Below are positions 1 through 13,878 of a DNA stretch of 64,000 nucleotides, in pieces (position 1 is the stretch's first letter; every line of letters begins with the position of its first letter). The stretch comes from Dictyostelium discoideum (taxonomy: Eukaryota), in assembly GCA_000004695.1 (NCBI GenBank), contig CM000154.2, positions 4,096,001 to 4,160,000 of the forward strand, given 5' to 3'. Both the position numbers and the translations under genes were made by a program. Below the pieces are notes generated by a model. The model was not told where the DNA came from and ran no database searches. It saw nothing but the letters and a program-made list of their open reading frames with translations.

Positions 1-227
1 TAAATAAAAAATATCCAGAATTCTCCCGCCAATTTTATTTTTTTTTTATTTTTTTATTTTTAAATAAAATTCTTTTTTGTTAATTTTTTTTTTTTTTTTT
101 AATTTCAATTATATGAAATTTCATTTCAGGTACGGTATTATATTTATTTTTTTTTTAATGGTTTTTTTATTAATATTTTTTTTTTTTTTTAATAATCAAA
201 ATATTTAATAAATTTAAAAACATGCAG

Positions 228-3036
228 GTGTATGGGAAGCATTAGAAGATAGTGGTATTGATCCGATTAGTTTACGTGGTACAAATACAAGTACATTTAT
301 TGGTAGCAGTACTACTGATTATGGTAGTCTTCAAAAATCACCATTTGAAACTCAAAATAATATCTTTGGTTCTTCAAATCATTCAGTTGCGAATAGAATC
401 GGTTATAACTTTGACTTTAGGTATGATTTATTACAATATTAATAGGATTAATTATAATTTTAAATATCGTCATCAATATTAATATTAAAATTTACTAACA
501 TTAACTTTTTTATATTTAAAAATAAAGAGGTGAGAATTTTACAATTGATTCAGCTTGCTCCAGTTCTTTAAATGCAATTAATTGTGGATACAATTCAATC
601 AAATCAAATAAATCAAATGTATCAGTTGTTGGTGGTGTTAATTTTATATTAGGTATGTAATGTTGTGATTAACAATATAATAATAATTATAAAAAAAAAA
701 AAGTAAATGAATTATATATATTAATCAATATATTATTTTTATATTTTCAGACCCACATGTTTCAAAATCATTCACACAATTGAATATGTTAAGTCCAACT
801 GGTAAATGTCATTCTTTTTCATCGGATGCTGATGGTTTTGTTCGTTCAGAAGGTGTTGGAATAGTCATATTAAAGAAACTAAAAGATGCAATTAAAGATT
901 CAAATAATATCTATTGTGTAATCAAAGGTTCAAGTTCAAATGTGGACGGAAACTATGATAAATTAAACTTTTATTCACCATCAAAATCATCTCAATATGA
1001 AAATATGAAATTAGCAATCAAATCAACCAATGGTCAAATCAATGAATCTGATATTGATTATTGTGAAGCTCATGGTACTGGTACTCCAACTGGTGATCCA
1101 ATTGAATTAGAAGGTATTTCAAGACTTTTCGATCAAAATAACAATAACAAGAAACAAGTTTTAGTTGGCTCAATCAAATCAAACATTGGACACACTGAAG
1201 GTAAATCAATTAATTAAATTTTCTTAATCATAATCAATAATCAATAATTAATTACTAACATTACTCATTTATTTTTAATTATAATATCATAATTAATCAG
1301 CATGTTCTGGAGTTGCATCATTAATTAAATGTTGTATAATGTTTAAGAATAAACTATTTCTTCAAAATATTAATTTCAAAGAATCAAATCCATTAATAAA
1401 TTTCAAAGAATGGGCATTAAAAGTCGTAACTGAACCAATTACCTTCAATGAAAATAAAACCACTGTCATGTTAATTAATAATTTTGGTGTTACTGGTAAA
1501 TATTGATTTATCACTTTATAATTTATGTGTATGATAAAAAAATTGAAATTAATTTTATTATTATTATTATCACTAGGTTCAAATGTTTGTTTAATATTAT
1601 CAGAATTTAAAGATAAACGTTATAGTAATGATGAAAGCAGTAGTGATAATTTTTGTGAGCAAATTGATATTGATAGTAAAGCAAATGAAAAAAAGAAATT
1701 TTTAATACCACTCTCAAGTAATTCATCAACATCATTAGATAATTATAAATCCATAATAGTCAATAATAATGATGATGATTCGAATTCATCAACAAGAAGT
1801 TTTCAAGAATTTGTTTATAATCAAATCAAATTCAAATCAACATCATTAATTCAAAAATCAGTTATAATTGCAAGTGATTGGAATGAATTTCAAGATGATG
1901 ATAATCAAATAAAGTTGAAAAATAGTGAAAGTTTAATTTCAAATATTACTGTTGAAAAAAAGAAATCACCACTCACAGTAATAGTATTTTGTGGCCAAGG
2001 TTCACAATATAATAGAATGGCATTATCACTATACGAGAATGAACCAATATTCAGAGAATCAGTGAATAGATTCGATAAAGAGTTATTCAAGTATTATGGT
2101 TATTCAGTTTTAGATAGATTAAGATCAGTCAGTGATAAAGATGAAATATCAATCCATCTACCAATTTTAGCACAACCAGCAAATATAATGATTCAAATAT
2201 CACTCTATGAACTATATAAACATTGGGGTGTTTCAGCAGATATCATCGTTGGTCATTCTCTTGGTGAATTATCATCATCCTATTCATCAGGTATGATCGA
2301 TTTTGAAACATTGTGTCACTTAATCTATCATAGATCATTGGCTCAAAACAAAACTACAGGTACAGGTAGAGCGCTTTCAGTCAATATTAGCTATGATGAA
2401 TTTATTGAGAGATATCAATCCAAAAACAATAAATACGAAACACTTGAAATTGCATGTTACAATTCACCAACATCAATCGTTATTGCAGGTAAAGAAGATC
2501 TATTAAATGAAATTTCAAAAGAATTTAAATCAAATGATATCTTTTGTGCAATGTTAGGATCATTATCATCATTTCACACATCAAGTCAACTTATGATAAA
2601 AGATGAAGTATGCTCATTGGTATTTAAATCAAAACTACCATCAGTACCAGTATTTTCAACAGTTACAACCAATTTATTCAATGATCAAACACCATATAAT
2701 GCCAATTATGTATGGGAGAATATTCGCCAACCAGTATCATTCACACAGACCATCAGCAATCTTTACAAACATATCGAGTCTAATGATATGGGTAATGAAA
2801 TTACATTCATTGAAGTTGCACCACATCCAACATTACAATTTTACTTGAATCAAATGAAATCAACTCAATCAAGTTACTTTAATAATGGCAAAAGCGTTAC
2901 AATCTATTCACCATTACATAAAAAGAAGAATGATTATAATGAATTTTTAAAGACAATCTCTTTATTATATGTTAATAATAATTTTAACATTAATTTTAAA
3001 TCACAATTAACTAACATCAATAATAATAATAATAAT

Positions 3037-3117
<81 letters not shown>

Positions 3118-6100
3118 ATAATCCAATTTAATATTAATAGCTTGCCACTTTATCAATGGGATGATAATGAATACTTTAAATTAAATCCATTTCATGAAAA
3201 GATTACAAATGAAGGCCCATCCATTCAAAACCTTGGTAATGGTATTGATTCAGCATGTCCAACATATCAAACATTTATTGATATCAAGAAACCACCATTT
3301 CAATGGTTAAAAGGTCATCAAGTCAGTGATAAATTTTACTATCCTGGAATGGGTTATGTTCAAAATCTATTATCAATTTATCCAAATCAAGATATAACAA
3401 TTAGCTCATTAGAATTTAAATCACCATTAGTATTAACAGAAGGTAATAATCAATGTTTAGAAACTACAGTTTCTCTCCTCTCAAAGAATGAATTCAACGT
3501 TAAAAGTCATTACAAAGATCAAAAAACAAATCAATGGATATTATCATCACTTGGTAATTTTAGTTTATTCAAACATAACAGTATCAATAGTGAAAAATTA
3601 ATTAACATTCAAGCATTAAAAGATAAATGTAATTTTACGACAATATCAAAACATGATTTTTATGAATCCATTAAAATCAAAACAAATTTAACATATAAAG
3701 GTTTATTTCAAGGTGTAAAAGAATGCTCAATTGGTAATAATTGTTCACTCGCTGTAGTATCATTAAATGAAATCAATAATCATACAATTAGTAATCATAG
3801 TACTATTGGTCGTTCATTATTTAATGCTGCAACTTTAGATTCTTGTTTACATGGTTCATTAATTGCAGTTGCACAACCAGTTGTACTCGATAGAATTGAA
3901 GGTTTCAAATTATACTCTTCAAATATTCCATTATCATCATCTTTGAGCAAAGATGACAATGATAATAGTAATAATAGTTTAATTAAAGAATTATATATTT
4001 TTACTGAAGAAAAAGCAAGAACTAATTATCAATCGTTTTCAGCATCAGTTAAAATCATTCTTCCAAATGGTAGATTATTAATGGAGATCTCAAGGGTGGT
4101 TTGTTCATCAGTTTCACTTGCAAATCCAAGCAATACTATAATTTGTAAACCACCTTCAAATGAAATTTATACACCATATCTTCAACCAAAAGATTCAATC
4201 ATCAACAAACCTCAACAATTCAAACATTTATATAGTGTAGATGAATTTATTGCCAAAGAAGAAGATAATCAAATCATTTCAACTGAATTGTTATTATCAT
4301 TATTTTATAAACATATCAACGTTAGATGTCCAACTATAAATTTAGAATCATTAACAACATTAGAATATAATCAATTTAAACAACTATATTATAACAACAA
4401 TGGTTTAGTAAATGAAAATCTTTTCAAATTCGTTTTTGAAATCTTAAAGAGTTATAGTAGTAGTAATCATTATATTCTTAATCATCATAACAACAGTGAA
4501 AACAAAAACAAAAACAACAACAACAACAACAACAGCAACAACAATGAAAATAGTAATAATGAATCACCAATACATTTTGAAAAATTATACAACTTGTATA
4601 CTAAAACAACTAAAATAATAGCAAAACAAATATTCCCATTAAAAGATGATTCATTTACAGATACACCACAATCATTATTCGAAAATGGATTTTTAGATGA
4701 TTTTTATAAGAATTCAAGAGTAGTTCAACCATTAAATAACTTATTAAGTGAAATTATAATTGAAGCACTCAAACCAATTTTAAATCAACCAATTGTATTT
4801 CGTATATTAGAAGCAGGTGGTGGTACTGGTAGTCTTAGTTTATTAATTTTAGAAAAGATTTGTAAACTTTTAAATGCAAATCCAAACTCAGTCATTGATA
4901 TCGAATTCACATGGAGTGATGTATCATCTTCATTTTCAGCAGAGATTAAAGAGAAGTTTTCACCATTTACAGCTCACAAAAATTTCAATATTATCCACCG
5001 TGTATTAGATTTAGAGAAACCATTATTTGATCAAGACTTTAAAACATCCTATTATGATCTCGTTGTAATGTCAAATGTAATGCATGTCGTTAAGAAACTT
5101 AAACCAACATTGGATGAAATTCATAATATATTGACACCAAATGGTCAACTGCTATTTGTTGAACCACCTTATAAATCAATTAATTATGATTCAGTTTTTT
5201 GTTGCTTTTCACAATGGTGGCCATCTTCTGATAGTGATACCGAGTTAAGACCTGATAGAAGTTGTATGAATCAAGATAAATGGATTAAAATTTTAAATGA
5301 AACAAACTATAGAGATACAATTATATCTGGTAATGACAATTTAATATTTTTAATTCAAACAAGAAAACCATCAATTAATGAAATCATTTCAAAGCAATCA
5401 TCAGATTCATCATTGGATCAATTTAATTCTTTCAATAATATCATTTTATTTGGTAATAATAATTATGGTTGTAGCCTTCAAAATTCAATATCATCAAATC
5501 AAGAATTAAAAAGTAAAACGATTAATATTAATAATTTTAATGAATTTCAAACATGGATTGCAAATAATTATGATAATAGTGATGATTTTGACAATAATAA
5601 AACATTAATAATATTTTTAAAGTCAATTGAACCAATTAATATTTCAAATTTCAAAGAAATAACCTATGAATATATTCAAATCAATCAATTAATATTAAAG
5701 TTAGAATTAACAAATAATTTCAAACATTTATTAATATCATTGGATTCAACAACTGATAATTATTTATCATCATCAATTATTGGTGCAGCACGTTATTTCG
5801 TTGAGTATCCACAATTAGATTTATATATTTTAAACTATGACATAATTTCTTTGAAAATTTTAAATAATAATAGCAGTAGCAGTTGTAATAGTAGTAATGG
5901 TAGTATTAGTAGTTGTAGTTGCAAGCAACAACAATTATCATTAATCAACTATTTAATCAATACAAATAATAATATTCAAAAAGAATTTACAATTAATAAT
6001 AATAAAGTATACTATGAAAGATATACTAGACATTCAAATAAAATTAAATGTAATTTACAATCAAAATCATTTGAAACAAATAAAGATAATTTATTGATTC

Positions 6101-8349
6101 AATTAGATTCAAATTTAGAATATCAATTATATAGTAAAAGAGTTGAACCAAACTCAAAAGAAGTAGAGATCGAAATTAAAGCAACAGGTATAAACTATAA
6201 AGATTATTTAATGCATATTGGTATGGTTAGCAGTGATTTAGATTTAAAGTATGGTAAAGAATATGAAGTTGAAAATTGTATTGGTATTGAAAATCCTATG
6301 ATTGGTAACGATTTTAGTGGTATTATTACAAGATTAGGTAGTGATGCAGAAAAAAAGAAATTTAAAGTGGGTGATCATGTTTGTGGTGTCGCATCAAAAA
6401 CAAGTGGTTCTCATGTGGTCATAGATTATAATTTTATTTATCATCAACCTTTAAATTATAATCATTCAATTTCAGCATCAATTCCATCGATATACGTTAC
6501 ATCATTACATAGTATCTATGGTGTTGGTAATTTAAAATCAAATGAATCCATTTTAATTCACTCAGCAGCAGGTGGTATTGGTATTTCATCTTTAGATTTA
6601 TTAAAATGCAAAAAACATCAAGGTCATATATTTTTAACAGTTGGTTCAAAAGATAAAGAAGATTATTTAAAAAAGAACTATGGATCATTTATTACTGCTA
6701 TCTATTCATCTCGTAATAAAGACTATGTCAATGAAATAAAGAATAAATTAATTGAATTAGGAGAAGTCAAACAACAAGGTGTAGATTTAATATTAAACAC
6801 ACTATCATCAGAATTTATGGATTCAAATTTCCAATGTTTAAATATGTCAGGACGTATCGTTGATTTAAGTGTTACTCATCTCACACCAAATGACTATATT
6901 GCCAATAATCATTTCAAATATAATATGGGTTACAATAATGTTGAAATGATTGATTTCAATGGTAAAATGGTCAGAAGTTATTTAAAGAAAATTATCAAAA
7001 TGATCAATTCAAACAAATTAGAGTTAAGTATACCAATCATTGAATATTCAAATAATCAGTTCAAAGATGCAATCGAATATATTAATCAAAGAAAACATAT
7101 CGGTAAAATTATCGTAAATCATAATCAAGATGAGTTTAATAGAGTTTATAATAATTATCAACAAAACAATAATAATAATAATCAAATTATAATGAAACAT
7201 TCATATGATATATCAAAATTAAATATGGGCAAAAATATTTTACTCACTGGTCAAACTGGTATCATTTTAGAAATAATGAAATACTTGATTAGATATTCAA
7301 ATCACTCAATTCAGAATATTATAATACTTTCAAAATCAAAATTAAAATGGGAATTAGAGTTATTAATTAATCAAACTAAATTTATCAAAGATAATATCAT
7401 TAAATTCCATTTTATTCAAATCGATATTGAAGATTCAAATAAAGTCAATCAAGTATTGAATCAATTAGAACTAAATGAGAATATTACGAATATCGATTCA
7501 ATCATTCATTTTGCATTTAATAATGATATTGGTGATGTTCAAGATGTTAATATGAATCGTTTAAATATTGCTCATGGTGCAAAAACAATTGGAGCCATTA
7601 ATCTTCACAATGAATCAATTAATCGTTCATGGAAAATTAAACAATTTATAATTGCATCTTCAGTGTCATCAATATTTGGTTCAGATCAACAATGTTGTTA
7701 TGTTAGTGCTTGTAGCGTTATAGATTCATTATCAAAGTATAGACATTCACTTGGATTACCATCTTTAGCAATTAATTTAGGTACTGTAGCTTCAACTGGA
7801 TTTATATCACGTAATAATGCAATTGAAACCATGTTTAAAAGTTCATTCTTAAAATTATTCTCACCACAACTCGTTATTAGTTCATTAGATTTATTCATTC
7901 AAAATCAACGTCAATATCCAAATTATAGTTTAGTAGATTTCAATTTTGAAGTTATGTTAACTTCACCAAATTACCATCTTTATAAACTTGATTATGAAAT
8001 TAATATTTTCAAAAAATCATATCAAATCAATACCAATTCCAGTAGTGGTAGTGGTAGTGATAATGAATTCATTCATTCAACAATTTTAAACAAAATCAGT
8101 GAATTACTATCAATTGACGAATCTAAAATTAATGAAGATTTACAACTTACACAATATGGTATGGACAGTTTAGTAATAGTACAATTAAAGAATTTTATCG
8201 ATAATCAATTAGGTCATAATCTCATTACAATTCATCAACTACAACATAATAAAATCAATCAATCAATTGATATTATTAAATTTGGTTATCTAATTAATAA
8301 AAACAAATTCAAATACAAAAATAATAATAAAAATAATAATAATGGATAA
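228..8349 (+). CDS. Type I iterative highly reducing polyketide synthase, 5'-partial (KS-AT-DH-cMT-ER-KR-ACP); exons 228..420, 528..652, 751..1200, 1301..1495, 1577..8349
   Basis: The KS frame carries no Met, so the ORF track misses exons 1-4. KS motifs seen: [20 protein letters not shown] (Cys codon 556-558), [16 protein letters not shown]. Introns have GTATGA/GTATGT/GTAAAT donors and AG acceptors that keep the frame continuous (phases 2, 1, 1, 1). Later domains: AT GHSLGE at 2251-2268; [16 protein letters not shown] near 3310; SAM methyltransferase [10 protein letters not shown] at 4807-4836; [12 protein letters not shown] near 6560; KR Rossmann [12 protein letters not shown] near 7240; [14 protein letters not shown] near 8155. 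A poly-Asn tract (3037-3117) is encoded in frame. The N-terminal part of KS lies upstream of the window or in an unresolved intron. Confidence 0.9.
3037..3117 (+). repeat. (AAT)n coding microsatellite (poly-Asn) inside the PKS AT-DH linker
   Basis: About 27 uninterrupted AAT codons. Confidence 0.95.
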
Positions 8350-8574
8350 TTATTTATTTTTAAAAACTAAAGTAATATAATAAATAGAAAAAATAAAAAA
8401 ATTCCTAAAATTTATTGTTTAATAAATCTACCAAAATCCATGTATCAATATGTATGCATATTTTTTGTTGTGTTGAATAAAAAAAAAGAAAAAAAAAAAT
8501 AAAAATAAATATTAGAAACACTAAAATTGAAAAAATAAATTAAAAAGATCTTAAAAAAAAATTTTTATCCACCT

Positions 8575-9012
8575 TATTAATCAGCATGTTCTGGAGTTGC
8601 ATCATTAATTAAATGTTGTTTAATGTTTAAGAATAAACTATTTCTTCAAAATATTAATTTCAAAGAACCAAATCCATTAATAAATTTCAAAGAATGGGCA
8701 TTAAAAGTCGTAACTGAACCAATTACCTTCAATGAAAATAAAACCACTGTCATGTTAATTAATAATTTTGGTGTTACTGGTAATTTTAATATATCATTTT
8801 ATTTTCTTTACAATACCATTTATTATCTATATATAAACTAATATATTTAATATTATCAATTAAAGTTCAAATGTTTGTTTAGTATTATCAGAATTTAAAG
8901 ATAAATGTTTTAAAAACGATGAAAGCAGTGATAATGCTTGTGATCAAATGGATATTGATAGTAAAACAAATGAAAAAAAGAAATTTTTAATACCGCTCTC
9001 ATGTAATTCCCT
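8575..9012 (+). pseudogene. Relic partial duplicate of the PKS (end-of-KS exon + intron + start of linker exon), truncated by a stop
   Basis: 8578-8786 nearly matches 1293-1496, including the acceptor 'ttaatcag' and the donor GT. 8861-9010 nearly matches 1577-1730. The intron between them has diverged. The copy reads ...[53 protein letters not shown]. There are no flanking KS or AT exons. Confidence 0.6.
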
Positions 9013-9827
9013 GCAACAAACATCGTAGAAAATTATAAATCATTAGTAATAATAATAATAATTATAATATTAATATTGTTATGTTACGTTAAAATATGGT
9101 TTATTAATATTAATTTAAGTATAGAATCATTAGTAAGAGTATGGAATAATTTGGAATATATTAATACTAATCAATCAAAGGCTTGTCAAATCGAATTCTT
9201 GGATATTTTAATTAATAGAAATATTTCAGTAAATGATTCAACTGATTTCTTTTTAAAAGTATTCAATTCAACATCTTTCAAATCAAATAACAACAACAAC
9301 AACAACAATAATAAAAACAATAATAATAGCAATATATATGAAATCAATGCTATATTAAAATTTTAATATGAATATAAAATTTCAAGTCATTTGAAAACTT
9401 CACCTACAAAAACTGATAATTATTCATTAACTCCTTATTTCAGATCTTGTTGTGAACATTGTGAAGAAATAAATAATTTTTTAGCGAATCCCTCGATTAT
9501 AAACTTTTACTGTGAGATTCAAGATTCAAATAAAAGAAGACATCTTTTAAGAGATTTAAAGATAGGTGAAAGTTCTGATATTATTTCTTATAAAACTAAA
9601 ATAAAAAATAATATAACATTATATTTCAAAAAGAATTGAACGCAAACATTCAGAAAATTATAAAAAAAATGTTGGAAAAATTAAATCACTCTATGATCTT
9701 ACAAAATCATTTCCAATATTCAATAATACAAAAGCAATTGAATATCTTAAAAAACAACTTATAAAATTAAATTAAAAAAATAAATAAGTACTCTCAATAC
9801 ATTTTAAAAATATTTATATTTATTTTT

Positions 9828-10882
9828 TTATTTACATTTATTTTTTAAAACTAAATTATCCCATGATTTTTTTGTTTGTGGTAAAAGATAAAATGATCTA
9901 ATTTGATTTAATGATATAATTACTTCTTCACAAGATGGTCTATTTAATGGTGATTGATCAACACATTGTTTATAAAGTTTTTCTAATGGTTCTGGACAAA
10001 TATTTGGTAATGATGGTCTTAACCCATTTTTAGAAGATAATAATAATTGAAAATCATTTTTTATATCTTTGAATTCACTGAATGGATGGGAATACTCTCC
10101 ATTTATAATTCTACTAATTAATTCAAACATTATAATACCAAATGAATAAATGTCAGATTTACTTGTAATTGATGATGATAAACTAGTATAGTCATCATCA
10201 ATATCTTGAAAATCACTTGATTCTGGTGAACAAAATGCAAATGATTTATTTTGATTATTACTATTGATATATTCAGTATTTAAACAATTGAATCTACTTG
10301 CACTAAAATTTGATATTTTACATTCCCAATCCTCATTTACCAATATATTCAAAGAGGTAACATCTCTATGAACAATTGGTTTGGGTTTTCTATTATGTAA
10401 TGATTGTAAACCCAATATGATTTGCATTGAAAATTGAAAGAAACGATTCCAACCTATCTCTATCAATCTATCAGTCATTATATGATATAAAGAATCACGA
10501 CTACAAAATTCAGTAATTATACAATAACATTGTTTTTGAGGTTCTTCAACTATTGATACGCCATAAAATGAAATTAAAAATGGTGATGATCTTAATGATT
10601 GCATCATTAAAAATTCAGTTTTAAATTCTTCGAATCTAATTGGTGAAAAAACTTTAATTGCAACTGGTTTACCATTTAATCTACCCTTATAAACTCTACA
10701 TAATGATCCAGATCCTAATCTACAAACATATTCAATTTGTTTATTATTAATATCCCATAATTTAAAATTTACAATTGATTCTTTAATCAAATTAAAATTA
10801 ATTTCATTTTCATCATTATTATTACTATTATTATTATTATTAAAACTATTATTTAAACCACTAATATTATTAATTACAATTT

Positions 10883-10886
<4 letters not shown>
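9828..10886 (-). CDS. Protein kinase (TKL/tyrosine-kinase-like family), single exon
   Basis: Gly-loop LGSGSLCRVYKG, VAIK lysine, catalytic loop HRDVTSLNILV, DIYSFGIIMFEL in the C-lobe. ATG at 10886 is preceded on the coding strand by a long poly(A) promoter tract. Confidence 0.85.
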
Positions 10887-10913
<27 letters not shown>

Positions 10914-11606
10914 CTAAAAATTGATTTATTATATATTTTTAAAAAATTAACTAACTGCAATATTATTGATTTTTTGATATTTTTATTTAATATTTTGGTT
11001 TTAAAAAAAAAAAATATTTTAAATAATCAAAAAAAAAAAAAATAAAAAAAAAAATAAAAAATTATTAAATAAAAAATTATTAAATAAAAATAGTGTGAAT
11101 GATTACCATTTTTTTAAATTGATTAATTAAATTATTGTAAAAATAGATAACCTAATTATATCACAATGACTGTTGTGATTAATTTAATATAATTAAATCA
11201 AAACATTATTTTTTTTTTCAAGTTTTACCACACAAACACACATTCGACATAAAAAAAAAAAAAAAAATAAAAATATAAAAATAAAAATTCAAAAAAAAAA
11301 AAATACCCACCACGACCAATCAAACCAAACACTTTTATTTTAATAACCCATCACGAAATAAATGTAATCACCAACTCTAACAACCACTCTACAAAAAAAT
11401 TGTTATTACTGTCCCTAAAACCCACTTAACTTTTATTATTATAAATAAAAATAAAAAATTCAAACAACAATAAAAAAAAAAAAAAAAAACAATTAAAAAA
11501 ATAAATAAATAAATAAATAAAAAAAAATAAAAAAATAAAATAAATAAAATAAAAAACATTTATTATTGTTTGAAAATAATTAAAACTGTTTTTATTATTG
11601 TTATTA

Positions 11607-13574
11607 TTATAAAATTTTAAACTGAATTGGTTTTAAAGTACCAAATTTTGTTTTTTGTAAATTTAAATCATTATCTAAATGAATTAAATCATCAAAAGAT
11701 TGACCATAAAGACCAGGTAATTCATTTTGAAGAAAAGTTAAAATATTTTCAAAAGAATCTAATAATGGGAAATCGATAGTTTGATATTCTAATAAATCTT
11801 TTCTTGTGATGATTGTTGGATCATTTAAAATTTGATTATGTTTTTCCAATGAGATTTGATTGATTTCTTTTGCATGTTTATAGAGTATTTCCTTTTGATC
11901 ACAACGAGGTATATGTTCGCAGAGTTGATAACAAATTGAATTGAAACCTCTTAATGAATACTTTAATAATCTACTATAGGAATGAGTTAACGTTTTAATT
12001 GATATTAAATTTGTACGAGTTTTCAAAGCCCTTAATGATCTTTCATGTAAATAAACATTATCACCATCGTAACATAATGATATACAATCAATATCATGAA
12101 ATAGAATTTGTTGTTCAATAGTTTTAGTTATAATAATAATCAATTGAATTATTCTTGTTCTTTTATTTTCATTATTATTACTATTATTATTTATTGAATA
12201 AACTATACTAATTGAATTTGGAGTTCTAACAAATCTATAATCACAATTATCATAACCATATGTTGAATGTAAATTTTCAATAATTTTTGAAGATACTTGT
12301 TTTAATTTTTTATTTGCATCTTCTAAAGAGTTTGAAATGATTGAGATATCAATATCAGACCTATAGTATGGTGAATCTAATGATTGTTGTTTATCATTGA
12401 TTGACCTTATGAATGAATAATCATCATGTACTAATCTTGTAATTCTCTTTAAAAGATATTTTGGTAATGGTAATTTAAAAATTAATCTTTCAATTCTTTT
12501 CATCTCTATATAATCTTTAACTAATTTTATACCATCACCTGGGAATGTTTCTAAACATGATAATATACAACCACCATAAACTACAACTTTTGTATAATTT
12601 TCATTATTATTATCATTATTATCATCATCACCACTATAACTACCCCAATCAATACCATCTAATAAATCAAAAGTAAACATTGAAAATGATTTTTTAAATA
12701 TTTCAATATTTGGTACTATTGAATTATAACCTATTCTATAATTTTCATACCATCTACTTTTAACACTATATATGAATGGATGTGAGAATGATTCATATTC
12801 ATCAATAACATCAAATTTAAAATTATAATCTTTTGATAGTTGACCATCTTTTTCATTATAAACTTTAATAATTCTACTATCTTCTTTATTAATATCAATA
12901 CCTAATAATTTAATTTCGTCATCTTCATTATTACTATTCTTCTTATTATTATTATTATTATTATAATAATTTGAAAGTTCTCTCCTTCTTAACATTTCAC
13001 AACCATTAAAAATTGAATTATCTATTGATTCTTTCAACCATTGCAATATTTCATATGAGTTATTATTAATATTACTATCATCATCATCATTATTATTATT
13101 ATTATTATCATTATTATTATTATTAATTATATCTAAAACTTCATTACTGTTTAATGATTTTATTATTTTTTTAATGAAATTTTCATTATTTAAATAAATT
13201 AAAAATAATTTAAAAGATTCTTTAACTTTTTGTTTTAAATTTTTTGTTGTTATTATTTCTTTATTTCCTTTTGTTGTTAATATTGGTGGTGTTGGTGTTG
13301 TTGTTGTTGTTGTTTTTGTTGGTGATGTTGTTGTTATATTAAAAAATATTAAATTAAAACAGTTTATTAAATTTATTATGAAATATAATGTGAAATTATA
13401 TGATTCTATTTCATTTTTATTGATAATTTTAGATTTAAAATCATCTGATAAAAATTTACAAAAATATTTATGGTCAATTGTATCTTGTTCACTATTATTA
13501 TCAATTTCGCATTGTTGAATATAAATTTGATATTTTATATCACTATCTAATTTTGAAATATTAATTATCATATT
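11607..13574 (-). CDS. Hypothetical protein with Asn-rich and poly-Thr low-complexity segments and a globular C-terminal half
   Basis: Long ORF on the minus strand. The first ATG of the track ORF (13655) reads through the poly-T promoter as poly-Phe. The likely start is the MIINISKLDSD methionine near 13574. I recognised no family. It contains YGGCILS...GDG and SDIDISI motifs. Confidence 0.55.
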   Translation of the reverse strand, partial: NMIINISKLDSDIKYQIYIQQCEIDNNSEQDTIDHKYFCKFLSDDFKSKIINKNEIESYNFTLYFIINLINCFNLIFFNITTTSPTKTTTTTTPTPPILTTKGNKEIITTKNLKQKVKESFKLFLIYLNNENFIKKIIKSLNSNEVLDIINNNNNDNNNNNNDDDDSNINNNSYEILQWLKESIDNSIFNGCEMLRRRELSNYYNNNNNNKKNSNNEDDEIKLLGIDINKEDSRIIKVYNEKDGQLSKDYNFKFDVIDEYESFSHPFIYSVKSRWYENYRIGYNSIVPNIEIFKKSFSMFTFDLLDGIDWGSYSGDDDNNDNNNENYTKVVVYGGCILSCLETFPGDGIKLVKDYIEMKRIERLIFKLPLPKYLLKRITRLVHDDYSFIRSINDKQQSLDSPYYRSDIDISIISNSLEDANKKLKQVSSKIIENLHSTYGYDNCDYRFVRTPNSISIVYSINNNSNNNENKRTRIIQLIIIITKTIEQQILFHDIDCISLCYDGDNVYLHERSLRALKTRTNLISIKTLTHSYSRLLKYSLRGFNSICYQLCEHIPRCDQKEILYKHAKEINQISLEKHNQILNDPTIITRKDLLEYQTIDFPLLDSFENILTFLQNELPGLYGQSFDDLIHLDNDLNLQKTKFGTLKPIQFKIL

Positions 13575-13821
13575 TGAAAAAAAAAAATAAAAAATAAAAA
13601 ATAAAAAAAAAAAATAAAAAATAAAAAATAAAAAAAAAAAAAAATTCCATGCCAAAAAAAAGATATTTTTTAACTATTTTATTTTTTATTTTTATTTTCC
13701 ATAAATACTAATAATTTATTTAACAAAACAATTTAAAATAATTATTAATTGTTTAATTATTAACTATTTGACCAACATATAATTTAGTTCAATAATAACA
13801 TAAATGGAGCAAACACAATAA

Positions 13822-13878
<57 letters not shown>

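Noticed and set aside
1-227. Possible micro-exon ttcag|GTACG|gtatta at 127-136, or an upstream KS exon within the first 227 bp
   Set aside because: An in-frame TGA at 114-116 precludes an exon ending at 129 in the KS phase. A 5-nt exon is implausible. The upstream KS exons are presumably outside the window.
2934-3116. 60-aa poly-Leu minus ORF inside the PKS
   Set aside because: Antisense of the in-frame (AAT)n poly-Asn tract.
9076-9639. Two short ORFs (96 and 82 aa) downstream of the PKS relic
   Set aside because: No splice-consistent model, no recognisable domain, Asn-run and AT-rich. Possibly more decayed remnants of the neighbouring PKS copy, but I cannot support a feature.
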